NCBI GenBank assembly: GCA_030643695.1
Contig: DAOWKM010000072.1
Location: 1 to 29,347, forward strand
Reading direction: 5' to 3'
Source of the DNA: Dehalococcoidia bacterium
GTDB taxonomy: Bacteria; Chloroflexota; Dehalococcoidia; Dehalococcoidales; DAOWKM01
DNA length: 29,347 nt
Position numbers and translations under genes: made by a program. Under the pieces are notes generated by a model. That model did not search any database. It saw nothing but the letters and a program-made list of their open reading frames with translations, and was not told the origin of the DNA. This document shows, piece by piece, positions 7,028 to 16,866 of this stretch (positions within the stretch are counted from its first letter, which is position 1; every line of letters begins with the position of its first letter).

Positions 7028-8566
7028 ATGGGAATAGATATAGTTCTCGCTATTTTCTTTAGTTTTGTCATAGGTGTTGTCTTTGGTGGTATGGGTGCCT
7101 TTCTTTTCCGGCGAACGATGATTGGTCGGCAAATACGAATTGCTGAGAGGAAAGCAGCTAGGATGGTGGCTGAAGCCAGACTTGAGTCCAAGGATATACT
7201 TCATCAGGCAAAGGATGAGGCAGGAAAGATTAGTTCAGCCACCGAAGCAGAGTATCGGGAACGGCGCTCTGAACTACAGCGTCAGGAGAGCCGTCTGTTT
7301 CAAAAGGCCGAAGCCCTGGAGCACAAGTTAGACGGGGTGGAGCATCGGGAGCGCAGTCTGGCTGATAGGGAAAAGGAGGTAGAGTCTGTCCGCACCCGCC
7401 TTGAGGAGCTTAGAGGCAGGCAGTTAAAGCAACTAGAGCTGATTTCGGGCTTGTCCAGTGCCGAGGCAAAGCAGATGCTGGTTGAGAGTATGGAGGTTGA
7501 GATGCAGGAGGAAGCCTCTCGGCGCCTTCGGGAGTGGGAAGCTAGGTTAAAGGAAGAAGCTGATGAGAAAGCCAGGGAGATTTTGTCTCAGACTATCCAG
7601 CGCTGCGCCTCTGAGGTGGTATCTGAGACCACAGTGGCTGTTGTTCCCTTACCCAGCGATGAGATGAAGGGTCGGCTTATCGGGCGAGAGGGTCGTAATA
7701 TTAGAGCTTTAGAGCAGGCTACTGGTGTTGACCTAATTGTTGATGATACCCCTGAGGCGGTAATTCTGTCTAGTTTTGACCCGGTGCGACGAGAGGTGGC
7801 TCGTCTAGCCTTAACCAAGCTTATCCTTGATGGTCGTATCCATCCCGCCCGCATTGAAGAGATAGTAGCCAAAACTAAGGAAGAAGTGGATGCTACTATT
7901 TATAGTGCTGGGGAGCAGGCAGCATATCAGGCAGGGGTGCATGGATTACGCCCTGAGTTAGTTAGACTGCTTGGGCGTCTTAAGTATCGCACTAGTTATG
8001 GTCAGAACGTATTAGGGCATAGTGTTGAGGTTGCCCATCTAGCTGGTATGATTGCTTCTGAACTGGGAGCCAATGTTGCTACAGCTAAGAAAGCAGGACT
8101 GCTTCACGATATTGGTAAGGGGGTAGACCAGGAGGTAGAAGGCACCCACGCTGCTATCGGGGCTGACCTGGTTAAGCAATGGGATAAATCCCCGGAGGTA
8201 GTTCAGGGTGTCGCTGAGCACCACGGGGAGACTGGCACTACTAGCATGTGGGGCTATATCATCTCAGCAGCTGATGCTATCAGTAGCGCCAGGCCAGGGG
8301 CAAGGCGTGAGTCATTGGAGGGTTACCTCAAGCGGCTAAAGGCATTGGAGGATATAGCTAATGGCTTCAAGGGGGTGGAGAAGTCCTTTGCTATTCAAGC
8401 CGGTCGTGAAATCCGTATTCTAGTCAAGCCAGAGGCGATTGATGATTTGGGAGCAATGAGACTGGCTCGAGATATCGTTAAGAAAATAGAGGAAGGACTG
8501 GAGTATCCCGGTCAAATAAAGGTTACTGTGCTCAGGGAAACAAGAGCTGTAGACTATGCTAGATAG
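7028..8566 (+). CDS. rny: Ribonuclease Y
   Basis: N-terminal TM, coiled coil, KH domain ([13 protein letters not shown]), HD domain (LLHDIGK), and C-terminal AIQAGREIR. Start ATG 7028 after AAAGGGGG. Confidence 0.97.
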   Translation: MGIDIVLAIFFSFVIGVVFGGMGAFLFRRTMIGRQIRIAERKAARMVAEARLESKDILHQAKDEAGKISSATEAEYRERRSELQRQESRLFQKAEALEHKLDGVEHRERSLADREKEVESVRTRLEELRGRQLKQLELISGLSSAEAKQMLVESMEVEMQEEASRRLREWEARLKEEADEKAREILSQTIQRCASEVVSETTVAVVPLPSDEMKGRLIGREGRNIRALEQATGVDLIVDDTPEAVILSSFDPVRREVARLALTKLILDGRIHPARIEEIVAKTKEEVDATIYSAGEQAAYQAGVHGLRPELVRLLGRLKYRTSYGQNVLGHSVEVAHLAGMIASELGANVATAKKAGLLHDIGKGVDQEVEGTHAAIGADLVKQWDKSPEVVQGVAEHHGETGTTSMWGYIISAADAISSARPGARRESLEGYLKRLKALEDIANGFKGVEKSFAIQAGREIRILVKPEAIDDLGAMRLARDIVKKIEEGLEYPGQIKVTVLRETRAVDYAR

Positions 8567-8574
8567 GGGGGCTA

Positions 8575-9342
8575 GTGTTAATATTAGCCGTTGGTGATGT
8601 AATTGGTCGGCCGGGTAGGCAGGCACTAAAGGAGCTTTTGCCACCCCTGCGACAGCAATACGGGATTGACCTAGTTATGGTTAATGCTGAGAATGCTGCT
8701 GGGGGTTTAGGTTTAACCCCGGCTACCGCTGAGGAACTACTCAATGCGGGGGCTGATGTATTGACCTCGGGTAATCATATATGGGCTCAAAGGGAGATTA
8801 TTCCATACCTTAGTGGTGAAATGCCTATCCTTCGCCCGTTAAATTATCCCCCTAGCGTACCGGGTAGGGGTTACATTGTCGGTAGCCAGGCGGTGGTGGT
8901 TAATTTGATAGGGAGAACCTTTATGAGTAATTTTGATTGCCCGTTTAGAGCTATGGATGAATTACTGGCTGAGCTTAAGCCCAAGCCCCCAGTTATTATT
9001 GTTGATTTTCACGCCGAGGCAACATCGGAGAAGATGGCGATGGGGCGATACCTGGATGGCCGAGTCAGCGCTGTGCTCGGCACCCATACTCATGTGGGGA
9101 CTATTGATGCCCAATTACTTCCTCAGGGTACTGCCTATGTCACTGATATTGGCATGACGGGACCGGTTGATTCAATTATAGGTGATGATACTGAGGCAGT
9201 GCTCTATCGTTTTCTAACCATAATACCCCGTCGCTTATCGGTAGGGAAGGGTAAAACAGTGTTTAACGCAGTCCTGGTTAGAGTAGATGACGACAGTGGT
9301 CGGGCAATAAGCATTGACCGAATCTGTCAGGAGGTGGAGTAG
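8575..9342 (+). CDS. ymdB: TIGR00282/YmdB metallophosphoesterase
   Basis: GDVIGRPG, NAENAAGG, SGNH, DFHAEATSEK, GTHTH and TDIGMTG motifs; downstream of rny as is typical. Confidence 0.92.
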   Translation: MLILAVGDVIGRPGRQALKELLPPLRQQYGIDLVMVNAENAAGGLGLTPATAEELLNAGADVLTSGNHIWAQREIIPYLSGEMPILRPLNYPPSVPGRGYIVGSQAVVVNLIGRTFMSNFDCPFRAMDELLAELKPKPPVIIVDFHAEATSEKMAMGRYLDGRVSAVLGTHTHVGTIDAQLLPQGTAYVTDIGMTGPVDSIIGDDTEAVLYRFLTIIPRRLSVGKGKTVFNAVLVRVDDDSGRAISIDRICQEVE

Positions 9343-9343
9343 G

Positions 9344-10168
9344 GTGGCTGGGGTAGACCTCCATATCCACTCCACTGCCTCTGATGGCCGACTCAGTCCG
9401 GTAGAGATTGTCCGTAAAGCCGGGGAAAAGGGGCTAATCGTTATTGCTCTGGCTGACCATGATACGGTAAACGGGATTGCTTCAGCTCAGGCAGCGGCTG
9501 AAGCCTTCCCTTGGCTGAGAGTTATCCCCTGTGTGGAAATTAGCACCGATGTCCCCGGGGGTGAGGTTCATATTCTGGGCTACTTTATAGATTATACTGC
9601 CCCTGAGCTAAAAGCCAGCCTGGAGAGGATGCGGGATTCTCGGCGGGGGCGGGCTCAAGGGATGATTACTAAATTGGCTAATTTGGGCATTCATATTGAG
9701 TGGCAGCGAGTCCAGGAGATAGCCGGCAGTGGCACTGTGGGGCGTCCTCACCTCGCTCAGGCTATGTTGGAGAAGGGTTATATCGCCTCAATCAAGGAGG
9801 CATTTACTAAATATATAAGTCGGGATGGACCGGCCTATGTTGAGCGGGAGAAGACAACTCCGCAGGAGGCGGTAAAACTGATATTGCGGGCTAACGGACT
9901 ACCAGTGCTGGCACACCCGTTAACTGTTAACGACCCTGAAGCGATGGTTGTTGAGCTAAGGGCAGCAGGGCTGGTAGGTATTGAAGCCTACTACGATAGC
10001 TATACTGCTGATGAAATCAACGGGTTAGTTAGCCTAGCTAATAAGTATAATCTTATTGCCACTGGTGGCAGTGATTACCATGGTCTGGATGCTGACATTG
10101 AGACTGTGATTGGTGGTGTAGATGTGCCTATGGAAGCAGTAGAGCGGCTTATGGCTCTGGCAAAATAG
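9344..10168 (+). CDS. PHP domain phosphoesterase (TrpH-like)
   Basis: DLHIHSTASDG, LADHDT, HILGY, RPH, LAHP and GGSDYHG motifs. GTG 9344 chosen because of AGGAGG/GGAG upstream. Confidence 0.9.
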   Translation: MAGVDLHIHSTASDGRLSPVEIVRKAGEKGLIVIALADHDTVNGIASAQAAAEAFPWLRVIPCVEISTDVPGGEVHILGYFIDYTAPELKASLERMRDSRRGRAQGMITKLANLGIHIEWQRVQEIAGSGTVGRPHLAQAMLEKGYIASIKEAFTKYISRDGPAYVEREKTTPQEAVKLILRANGLPVLAHPLTVNDPEAMVVELRAAGLVGIEAYYDSYTADEINGLVSLANKYNLIATGGSDYHGLDADIETVIGGVDVPMEAVERLMALAK

Positions 10169-10191
10169 TCAGTGCTGAAGAAAGAGAACTT

Positions 10192-10890
10192 ATGGCTATT
10201 GAGTTTGTATTATTAGTGCTGGGTGCCTACCTTTTGGGTTCGGTGCCAGCTGCCTATTTAGTTACCAAGTGGTCTCGGGGAATAGACATTAGACAATACG
10301 GCAGTGGCAATGTTGGCGCGGCAAATGTAGTAACTGTTGCTTCCAAACGGTGGGCGGTTCCGGTAATTATTTTTGATTTAGGTAAGGGGATGGTGATGGT
10401 TTGGGTAGCTCAACTGGTGGGACTGGGTATTGCTCAGCAGGTGGCAGTGGGCTTGGCGGCAATTATTGGCCATAACTGGCCCGTTTTTCTCCACTTTAAT
10501 GGTGGTAGGGGGGGTCTAACTCTTACTGGCGTCGCCCTTATTTTAGCACCAAAGCTGACGCTGATATTACTACTCTTTGTTTTCCTTTCCACTATATTCA
10601 GGCAGATGGCTTTGGGGGTGGTGGTGGCGGTGGCAGCCTTGCCCATATTGAGCTGGTTTCTTAGTCAGCCATTGGGCATTAAAGAGCCGCTACCAGTTAG
10701 TCTGGGTTTCTTGGCTATATTTCTAATTACGGTGCTCAGACGATTAACAGCTCCACGAACTTCAGTTACTGCCTCGGTAAGTCCAAGGCAGCTGTTAGTT
10801 AACCGTCTATTTTTTGACCGGGACATAAGGGATAGAGAGGCCTGGATGCATCGTGCCCCTGAACAACAAGAGAAGCAGAAGAAAGGTTAA
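10192..10890 (+). CDS. plsY: Glycerol-3-phosphate acyltransferase PlsY-family protein (atypical C-terminal motif)
   Basis: GSVP, DIRQYGSGNVGAAN, DLGKG and GHNWPVFLHFNGGRG motifs; multi-TM. Confidence 0.85.
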   Translation: MAIEFVLLVLGAYLLGSVPAAYLVTKWSRGIDIRQYGSGNVGAANVVTVASKRWAVPVIIFDLGKGMVMVWVAQLVGLGIAQQVAVGLAAIIGHNWPVFLHFNGGRGGLTLTGVALILAPKLTLILLLFVFLSTIFRQMALGVVVAVAALPILSWFLSQPLGIKEPLPVSLGFLAIFLITVLRRLTAPRTSVTASVSPRQLLVNRLFFDRDIRDREAWMHRAPEQQEKQKKG

Positions 10891-10900
10891 TTATAATGCG

Positions 10901-11374
10901 ATGAAATGTGCTTATCACCCTGATGTTGAAACTAACCTGAGGTGCGGTAAGTGCGGTAAGCCAATATGCCCTAAGTGCCTGGTGCAGACGCCAGTGGGAG
11001 CCAGATGCCCAGATTGCGCCCGACTTTATAAGCTACCTACCTATCGGGTTTCTACTAAATACTACCTGAGGGCGATGGGGACAGGGTTAGGTATGGCTAT
11101 TGCTGGTGGCCTTGCCTGGGCGGCGGTAACGGGTTTGGTGTCTTTCCTTTACCTCAACCTCCTTTTGGCTCCTGGCATTGGTTATGCTATTGGGCAAGTA
11201 GTCAGCCTTTCGGTTAACCGCAAACGCAGCACGGGATTAGCCGTTGTTGCTGGCATTGCCGTAGTGATAAGCTACTTGGTTAGTATCCTTTGCCCTTGGG
11301 GATTTCCTTTTAGGCTTCTTGACCTATTAGCCCTGGCTCTGGGTATTTTTGTAGCTACTATCTACTTACGCTAA
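10901..11374 (+). CDS. B-box-type zinc finger plus 3-4 TM membrane protein
   Basis: CAYHPDVETNLRCGKCGKPICPKC...PVGARCPDC resembles the zinc-binding N-terminus seen on some rhomboid-associated proteins, but no rhomboid catalytic motif follows. Confidence 0.8.
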   Translation: MKCAYHPDVETNLRCGKCGKPICPKCLVQTPVGARCPDCARLYKLPTYRVSTKYYLRAMGTGLGMAIAGGLAWAAVTGLVSFLYLNLLLAPGIGYAIGQVVSLSVNRKRSTGLAVVAGIAVVISYLVSILCPWGFPFRLLDLLALALGIFVATIYLR

Positions 11375-11406
11375 AACAAGTTTTACACTGAGAAGGAGAC
11401 AAGGTG

Positions 11407-13494
11407 ATGGTTCCCCAACGGGAAATATTCTGGAATATTCTATATGGCGACTTAATACTTTACCCGTTAGCCGTTATTGTAGTTGGCATCTTTATCTATG
11501 CCATATACCGCCGCTATAAATTATGGCGATTAGGCACGCCAGATAACAGGTTTGCCCACCTGGATAGGAGACTATGGGCATTTATAGTTACCGGGGTTGT
11601 TGATGGTGTATTGCACCGGAGATTCTTTGGTGTCGGCGATAACCTAGGACATAGGTCCTTTTCCATCAAAGATTTTCTACCCAAGGAGCTTTACCCCGGA
11701 GTAATGCACTTCCTCATCTTTGTGGGCTGTATTGTATTGCTTCTAGGCGCATTTGTAGACTTTATTAGTCATTATCTCTTCCACTTTATGCACGGTGGTT
11801 TCTACCTGGGCTACTCAGTGGTTGTTGATGCCTTTGGCATACTGGTTCTAGTCGGGGCAACCCTGGCTATTGTCAGGCGCTATGTTCAAAAACCAGATAG
11901 ACTGGATAGTACTAATGAGGACTTGATTGCCCTCATCCTAATCGGTGTGGTGGTATTTACCGGCTTTATTGTTGAGGGATTTCGTATTGCGGCTACCGAG
12001 CTAAAGACAACCCCTAGTTGGGCACTATGGTCTCCTGGTGGCTTTATCCTGGCTCGGGCTTTTAGCGGTTTAGGTGAACAGACACTGCTGCTGTGGCACC
12101 GGATTACTTGGTGGGCGCACATGGTTATTGCCCTGGGGGCGATTACTTATGTTTCTCTCTACTGGAATAAATTATGGCATATAATTGTTTCCCCGTTGAA
12201 TGTATTCTTCAGGTCTCTGGAGCCCAGGGGAGCCCTGGTGCCCATCGACTTGGAGACCGCCGAGAGCTTTGGTGCTGCCAAGATTGAAGACTTTACCTGG
12301 AAGCAATTGATGGATTTGGATGCCTGCACTCGCTGTGGTCGGTGTCAGGATATCTGCCCGGCTTATTCCAGCGGAAAGCCATTGAGCCCGAAGAAGATTA
12401 CCCAGGACCTTAGAGGTAGTTTGCTGGAGCGGACACGCAATCCCGGGAATAGTAATCGGGCTCTTATCGGCGATGTGGTAACCAAGGATGAGATATGGGC
12501 TTGCACTACCTGTCGTGCCTGCCAGGAGGTATGCCCCGTCTATGTAGAGCATATTGGTAAGATTATTGACCTGAGGCGGAATCTGGTATTGGAGCAGGCT
12601 TCAATCCCGGAGACGGCTGAAAGGGCGCTCCGAAGCATTGAGAATAGAGGGCACCCGTGGCGAGGAACCACATTAACCAGAACTGGCTGGGCTCAGGGGC
12701 TTGATATTAAGACCCTGGCTGAGGATAGTGATATAGATATCCTGTATTGGGTTGGCTGCACCGAGGCCCTGGTAGATAGGAGTATGAAGACAGCTCAGGC
12801 TATGGGTAGGCTATTAAAGCAAGCTGGAGTTAAATTTGGTATCCTCGGCGATGAGGAGAGCTGCTGCGGTGACCCCGCCCGGCGCCTGGGTAATGAATAC
12901 CTCTTCCAGATTCAGGCTGAGAAAAATATTGAGTTGCTGAAGAGATATAATGTGAAGAAGATAGTTACTGCTTGTCCTCACTGCTATAACACTCTAAAGA
13001 ATGAATACCCCCAGTTCGGAGGAGAGTTTGAAGTTCTCCACCACACCGAGCTTATTGCCAGCTTGCTCAGAGAAGGTAGACTGAAAATTATCAAAGGCAG
13101 CAGGGGGGTAATAACCTATCACGATTCCTGTTACCTGGGGAGATATAATGATATTTATGAGCCACCGAGGCAGATTTTAAATAATATGCCTGATATTGAG
13201 GTTGTTGAGATGGAGCGGAATCGGGAAAGAAGCTTCTGCTGTGGTGCTGGCGGTGGTAATATGTGGATGGAAGAGCATATTGGCAGGAGAATCAGTGAGA
13301 TGCGCATTGAGCAGGTAATGGAGACCGGAGCTCAGGTGGTGGCTACTGCCTGTCCCTTCTGCCTTCAGATGCTGGATGATGCCATAAGGGCAAAAGCTGC
13401 CGAAGAATCGCTTAAGGTTATGGATGTTGCCGAGCTATTAGCCGGGTCGGCAATATATCGCCCTTATTCCGGGGCTGAAATGGTGAGAGAGTAG
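11407..13494 (+). CDS. Membrane-anchored heterodisulfide-reductase-like Fe-S oxidoreductase (TM domain + 2x[4Fe-4S] + two CCG domains)
   Basis: N-terminal multi-TM region with His residues, CTRCGRCQDICP, CTTCRACQEVCP, ESCCGDP, TACPHC, YHDSCYLGR, SFCCGAGGG and TACPFC. RBS AAGGAG. Confidence 0.9.
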   Translation: MVPQREIFWNILYGDLILYPLAVIVVGIFIYAIYRRYKLWRLGTPDNRFAHLDRRLWAFIVTGVVDGVLHRRFFGVGDNLGHRSFSIKDFLPKELYPGVMHFLIFVGCIVLLLGAFVDFISHYLFHFMHGGFYLGYSVVVDAFGILVLVGATLAIVRRYVQKPDRLDSTNEDLIALILIGVVVFTGFIVEGFRIAATELKTTPSWALWSPGGFILARAFSGLGEQTLLLWHRITWWAHMVIALGAITYVSLYWNKLWHIIVSPLNVFFRSLEPRGALVPIDLETAESFGAAKIEDFTWKQLMDLDACTRCGRCQDICPAYSSGKPLSPKKITQDLRGSLLERTRNPGNSNRALIGDVVTKDEIWACTTCRACQEVCPVYVEHIGKIIDLRRNLVLEQASIPETAERALRSIENRGHPWRGTTLTRTGWAQGLDIKTLAEDSDIDILYWVGCTEALVDRSMKTAQAMGRLLKQAGVKFGILGDEESCCGDPARRLGNEYLFQIQAEKNIELLKRYNVKKIVTACPHCYNTLKNEYPQFGGEFEVLHHTELIASLLREGRLKIIKGSRGVITYHDSCYLGRYNDIYEPPRQILNNMPDIEVVEMERNRERSFCCGAGGGNMWMEEHIGRRISEMRIEQVMETGAQVVATACPFCLQMLDDAIRAKAAEESLKVMDVAELLAGSAIYRPYSGAEMVRE

Positions 13495-13497
13495 ATT

Positions 13498-14835
13498 ATG
13501 ACCAATGAGAAAAAGAGAACAATAAACCGGCTGAAGACAATGTACCCCCTCCGGGCGCTGCTGGATGAAATGTATAAGGGAAATATTGAAGCTAGCAAGG
13601 CGGGGAAACCCACTGCCTGGTGCATGGTTACCTTTTGGGAGGGTGATGTTATTCTCAAGGCTATGGATGTAGAATCAGTCTATCCGGAAAATTATGGCGC
13701 TGTCTGTGCTGCCTTTGGAGCGGCTCCGGCTTATCTTGATCGTTCTGATGCCGATGGATTTCCGACCCATATGTGTGGCTATGCCCGAAACTGCCTCGGC
13801 TACACGGCTAGAATGATGGATTTGGGAGAAATACCGCCAGGGGCACCTATGGGGGGAATGCCCAAGCCGATACTATTGCTGAGCTCAGGCAGTTTGTGTG
13901 ATGCTCACTATAAGTGGTTCCAGGCACTAGGGCGCTACTTAGATGCTCCAGTGTGGACAATGGAGCTTCCTCTTCCCGGGGTGAAAGAGAGCCGGATAGA
14001 AGGTGCCTATGAGCACAATATTGGTTTCATGGTTGCCGAGCTAAGGGAGTTTGTTACCTTTCTGGAACGCCTATTGAGCAAGAAGATGGACTGGGATAAA
14101 TTAGATGAGCTGATAGACGACATGATAGAGATGAACCGGGTATGGTATGAGATTAATGAGCTGCGTAAGGCAAGACCTTGCCCTATGCACTCCCGGGACT
14201 TTTGGAGCAGTATGAGTGGCTCTCTTTATCCATCGGGAGACCTCAAGGTATCGGTGGATTTATATCGGAAGATGTATGATGAGGTAAAGTACAGGGTAGA
14301 TAACAATATAGGAGCTCTGCCTATTGAGGAGAAATATAGATTGCTGTTTCTTGAACTTCCGCCATGGCACAGCTTGGGTTTTTTCAATCAATTAGCCGAG
14401 AGGGGCTGGAATTTTGTGGTTGAGAGCTGGAGCTATCATCCGCCCCAACCTATAGATTTAACTAAAGTCAGCGACCCACTGGAGCGCATTGCTAGGTTCA
14501 CCTATCAATGGCTTACTGGCCGCTTCCCCGATGCCTTCAACGCTGGGGAGTGGGGGGGATATTCCGCTTATCCCTACCTGGAGTATGCCCAGGATTACCA
14601 ATGTGATGGGGCGCTCCTTCACCCCCTCGTTACCTGCCGCACCGCTACCAACCACTTGATGCTGGTTCAGGACCGGCTGATGAAAAAGCTGAAGATTCCT
14701 TCCTTGGTAGTGGAGGGAGATATTGTCGACCTCAAACTTTTTGACCCTGTTGATGCCTTGAGGAAGGCAGAGACATTTGAGGAAACTATGAACCATTATA
14801 AGAAGGTGCGGCGGCAAGAAGGACTGGAATGGTAA
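13498..14835 (+). CDS. 2-hydroxyacyl-CoA dehydratase / benzoyl-CoA reductase family catalytic subunit (HgdA/BcrB-like)
   Basis: PENYGAVC, CGYARNC, SLCD and LVTCR Cys ligands; C-terminal LVVEGD...ETFEE pattern of the HGD-D family. Confidence 0.85.
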   Translation: MTNEKKRTINRLKTMYPLRALLDEMYKGNIEASKAGKPTAWCMVTFWEGDVILKAMDVESVYPENYGAVCAAFGAAPAYLDRSDADGFPTHMCGYARNCLGYTARMMDLGEIPPGAPMGGMPKPILLLSSGSLCDAHYKWFQALGRYLDAPVWTMELPLPGVKESRIEGAYEHNIGFMVAELREFVTFLERLLSKKMDWDKLDELIDDMIEMNRVWYEINELRKARPCPMHSRDFWSSMSGSLYPSGDLKVSVDLYRKMYDEVKYRVDNNIGALPIEEKYRLLFLELPPWHSLGFFNQLAERGWNFVVESWSYHPPQPIDLTKVSDPLERIARFTYQWLTGRFPDAFNAGEWGGYSAYPYLEYAQDYQCDGALLHPLVTCRTATNHLMLVQDRLMKKLKIPSLVVEGDIVDLKLFDPVDALRKAETFEETMNHYKKVRRQEGLEW

Positions 14836-15995
14836 TGGAGAGTCAGGGGTTAGCCAGAGTGAGAGAAATTTATCATGACCGGTCTCATCGAGTTAAACAG
14901 CTTAAGGCAGCCGGGGAGAAAGTAATCGGTTATTTTTGTGTCTATCCTGTTTTGGAGATGTTGACTGCTCTTAACCTGGTCCCCTATAGGGTATTTGGTG
15001 ATATGAGGGAACCGATAACCAAAGCCGACTCTTGCCTGCCTACAGTGGTTTGTCCCTTTATTCGTAGCGCCTTGGACCTGGGATTGAAAGGTAAGTATGA
15101 CTTCTTAGACGGGGTAGTAATGGCTCATGTTTGTGAGGTTGGAGAGAAGACAGCTCACATCTGGAATCTCTATCTGAACCCTCCTTATTTCCATTTTATA
15201 GATACTCCTCACACTGTACATAAGGCAGCCCAGAAGCAGCATAAGGAGTTGCTGAAGGACTTTGAAAAAACCCTGGAGTTGTTTACCGGAAAGGAGCTTT
15301 CTCCAGGAAGGCTCAGGGAAGCCATTGAAGCCCATAATCAGCAGCGGGCACTGGTGCGGGAATTATATAACTTAAGGAAGCCTGACCCACCCCTTATCTC
15401 AGGGACAGAAACTCTTCAGGTAATGGTGGCGTTGATGAGCCTCCCCGTGGAGGAGGGTAATAAGCTGTTGAGGCAGGTTATAAATGAGGTTAAGGGGCGC
15501 AAAGATGGTCTGCAGAAGAAAACAAGGCTTCTTATCTGGGGCAGCATTATAGATGATGTGGCTCTTATTGAGATGATTGAAGGGCTTGGCGCCAACCTGG
15601 TTATGGATGATACCTGCGTAGGCAGCCGGTTCTATTTCCCTGATGTAGAGCTTACCGATGACCCCTTAGACGGTTTAGCCTATCGCTATCTGGTGGAACT
15701 CAAGTGCCCTCGCACCTTCAGGGAAGCCGTCTTCGGCGAGACCAAGAAGGATTATATGGCTGACCTGGACAGTCGGTTTAGCTATCTGAAGGAATACGCT
15801 AGGGAATGGAATGTCAACGGGGTAATCCTTCAGTCGGTAAGGTATTGCGATATTCATGGCTACGAGGTGCCCCAGGTTAAGGATTATCTTGACAGCATCG
15901 GCTTGCCCAGCATATACCTGGAGCATGATTATAGTGAGGCGGCTTTGGCACCATTAAGGACGAGGGTTCAGGCTTTCCTTGAGGTAATCAGCTAA
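14829..15995 (+). CDS. 2-hydroxyacyl-CoA dehydratase / benzoyl-CoA reductase family catalytic subunit (HgdB/BcrC-like)
   Basis: GYFCVYPVLEML, VCPF, DDTCVGSR, RYCDIHG and LEHDY...LRTRVQAFLE motifs. Confidence 0.85.
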   Translation: MVMESQGLARVREIYHDRSHRVKQLKAAGEKVIGYFCVYPVLEMLTALNLVPYRVFGDMREPITKADSCLPTVVCPFIRSALDLGLKGKYDFLDGVVMAHVCEVGEKTAHIWNLYLNPPYFHFIDTPHTVHKAAQKQHKELLKDFEKTLELFTGKELSPGRLREAIEAHNQQRALVRELYNLRKPDPPLISGTETLQVMVALMSLPVEEGNKLLRQVINEVKGRKDGLQKKTRLLIWGSIIDDVALIEMIEGLGANLVMDDTCVGSRFYFPDVELTDDPLDGLAYRYLVELKCPRTFREAVFGETKKDYMADLDSRFSYLKEYAREWNVNGVILQSVRYCDIHGYEVPQVKDYLDSIGLPSIYLEHDYSEAALAPLRTRVQAFLEVIS

Positions 15996-16010
15996 AAAAG
16001 GAGATTTAAT

Positions 16011-16853
16011 ATTTATTTTGCTGGAATTGACCTAGGTTCCACCATGACCAAGGTGGTAATTATGGATGTGGACGGCGGGATTTGCGCTCGTGTTGTCGGT
16101 CCCACCGGTGCTGAGCACCGCCGGCTGGCTAACAGGGTAATGGAGGAGGCACTGGAGCAGGCTAATCTATCTTTTGATGAAATATCCTATGTGATAGCCA
16201 CCGGCTACGGCAGGCTCAATGTTCCCTTTGCCGACCGCCAGATAACGGAATTAACCTGCCACGCTAGGGGGGTGGTCAGCCTCTTCCCTGCCGTCAGAAT
16301 AGCCATTGATATTGGGGGACAGGATGCCAAGGGGCTCAAGATTAAAGAGGGGAAGCTAATTGACTTTGTTATGAATGACAAGTGTGCTGCCGGAACCGGC
16401 AGGTTTCTGGAGGTCATCGCTGCTGCCCTTGGCGTCAAGCTAGAGGAACTGGGAGAAATTTCATTAAAGTCTACCAATAAGGTTAAGATTAGCAATACCT
16501 GCACTATTTTTGCCCAGCAGGAGGTAATATCTTATATCTCTAAGGGGATACCATTGGAGGACATCGTGGCTGGGCTTCATGATGCTATCACCAGCCGGGT
16601 AGTCAAAATGGTGCGAAGGCTGAAGATAGAGCCTGATGTGGTGTTTACCGGGGGTGTGGCTAAGAATATCGGAGTAGTTTATGCTATGAAGGAGAACCTG
16701 GGATGCGAGGTTCTTGTTCCTGAGGAACCACTTTTCACTGGGGCAATAGGTGCTGCTATATTAGGCAAGGAACTCACCCTGGGAGCCATGTCCAAGGGTG
16801 AGCCTATTCCGAGGAAGGAGCGTCGTCTGGAGGAGATTACCTTCTTCAGCTAG
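16011..16853 (+). CDS. ATP-dependent [4Fe-4S] activase subunit 1 (BadF/BadG/BcrA/BcrD, HgdC-like); probable ATT start
   Basis: GIDLGSTMTK, ATGYGR, DIGGQD, NDKCAAGTG, NTCTIF and GGVAKN motifs. The phosphate-1 loop lies upstream of the first ATG (16044), so the start is placed at ATT 16011. Confidence 0.85.
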   Translation: MYFAGIDLGSTMTKVVIMDVDGGICARVVGPTGAEHRRLANRVMEEALEQANLSFDEISYVIATGYGRLNVPFADRQITELTCHARGVVSLFPAVRIAIDIGGQDAKGLKIKEGKLIDFVMNDKCAAGTGRFLEVIAAALGVKLEELGEISLKSTNKVKISNTCTIFAQQEVISYISKGIPLEDIVAGLHDAITSRVVKMVRRLKIEPDVVFTGGVAKNIGVVYAMKENLGCEVLVPEEPLFTGAIGAAILGKELTLGAMSKGEPIPRKERRLEEITFFS

Positions 16854-16866
16854 AGGGCAATTAAAT

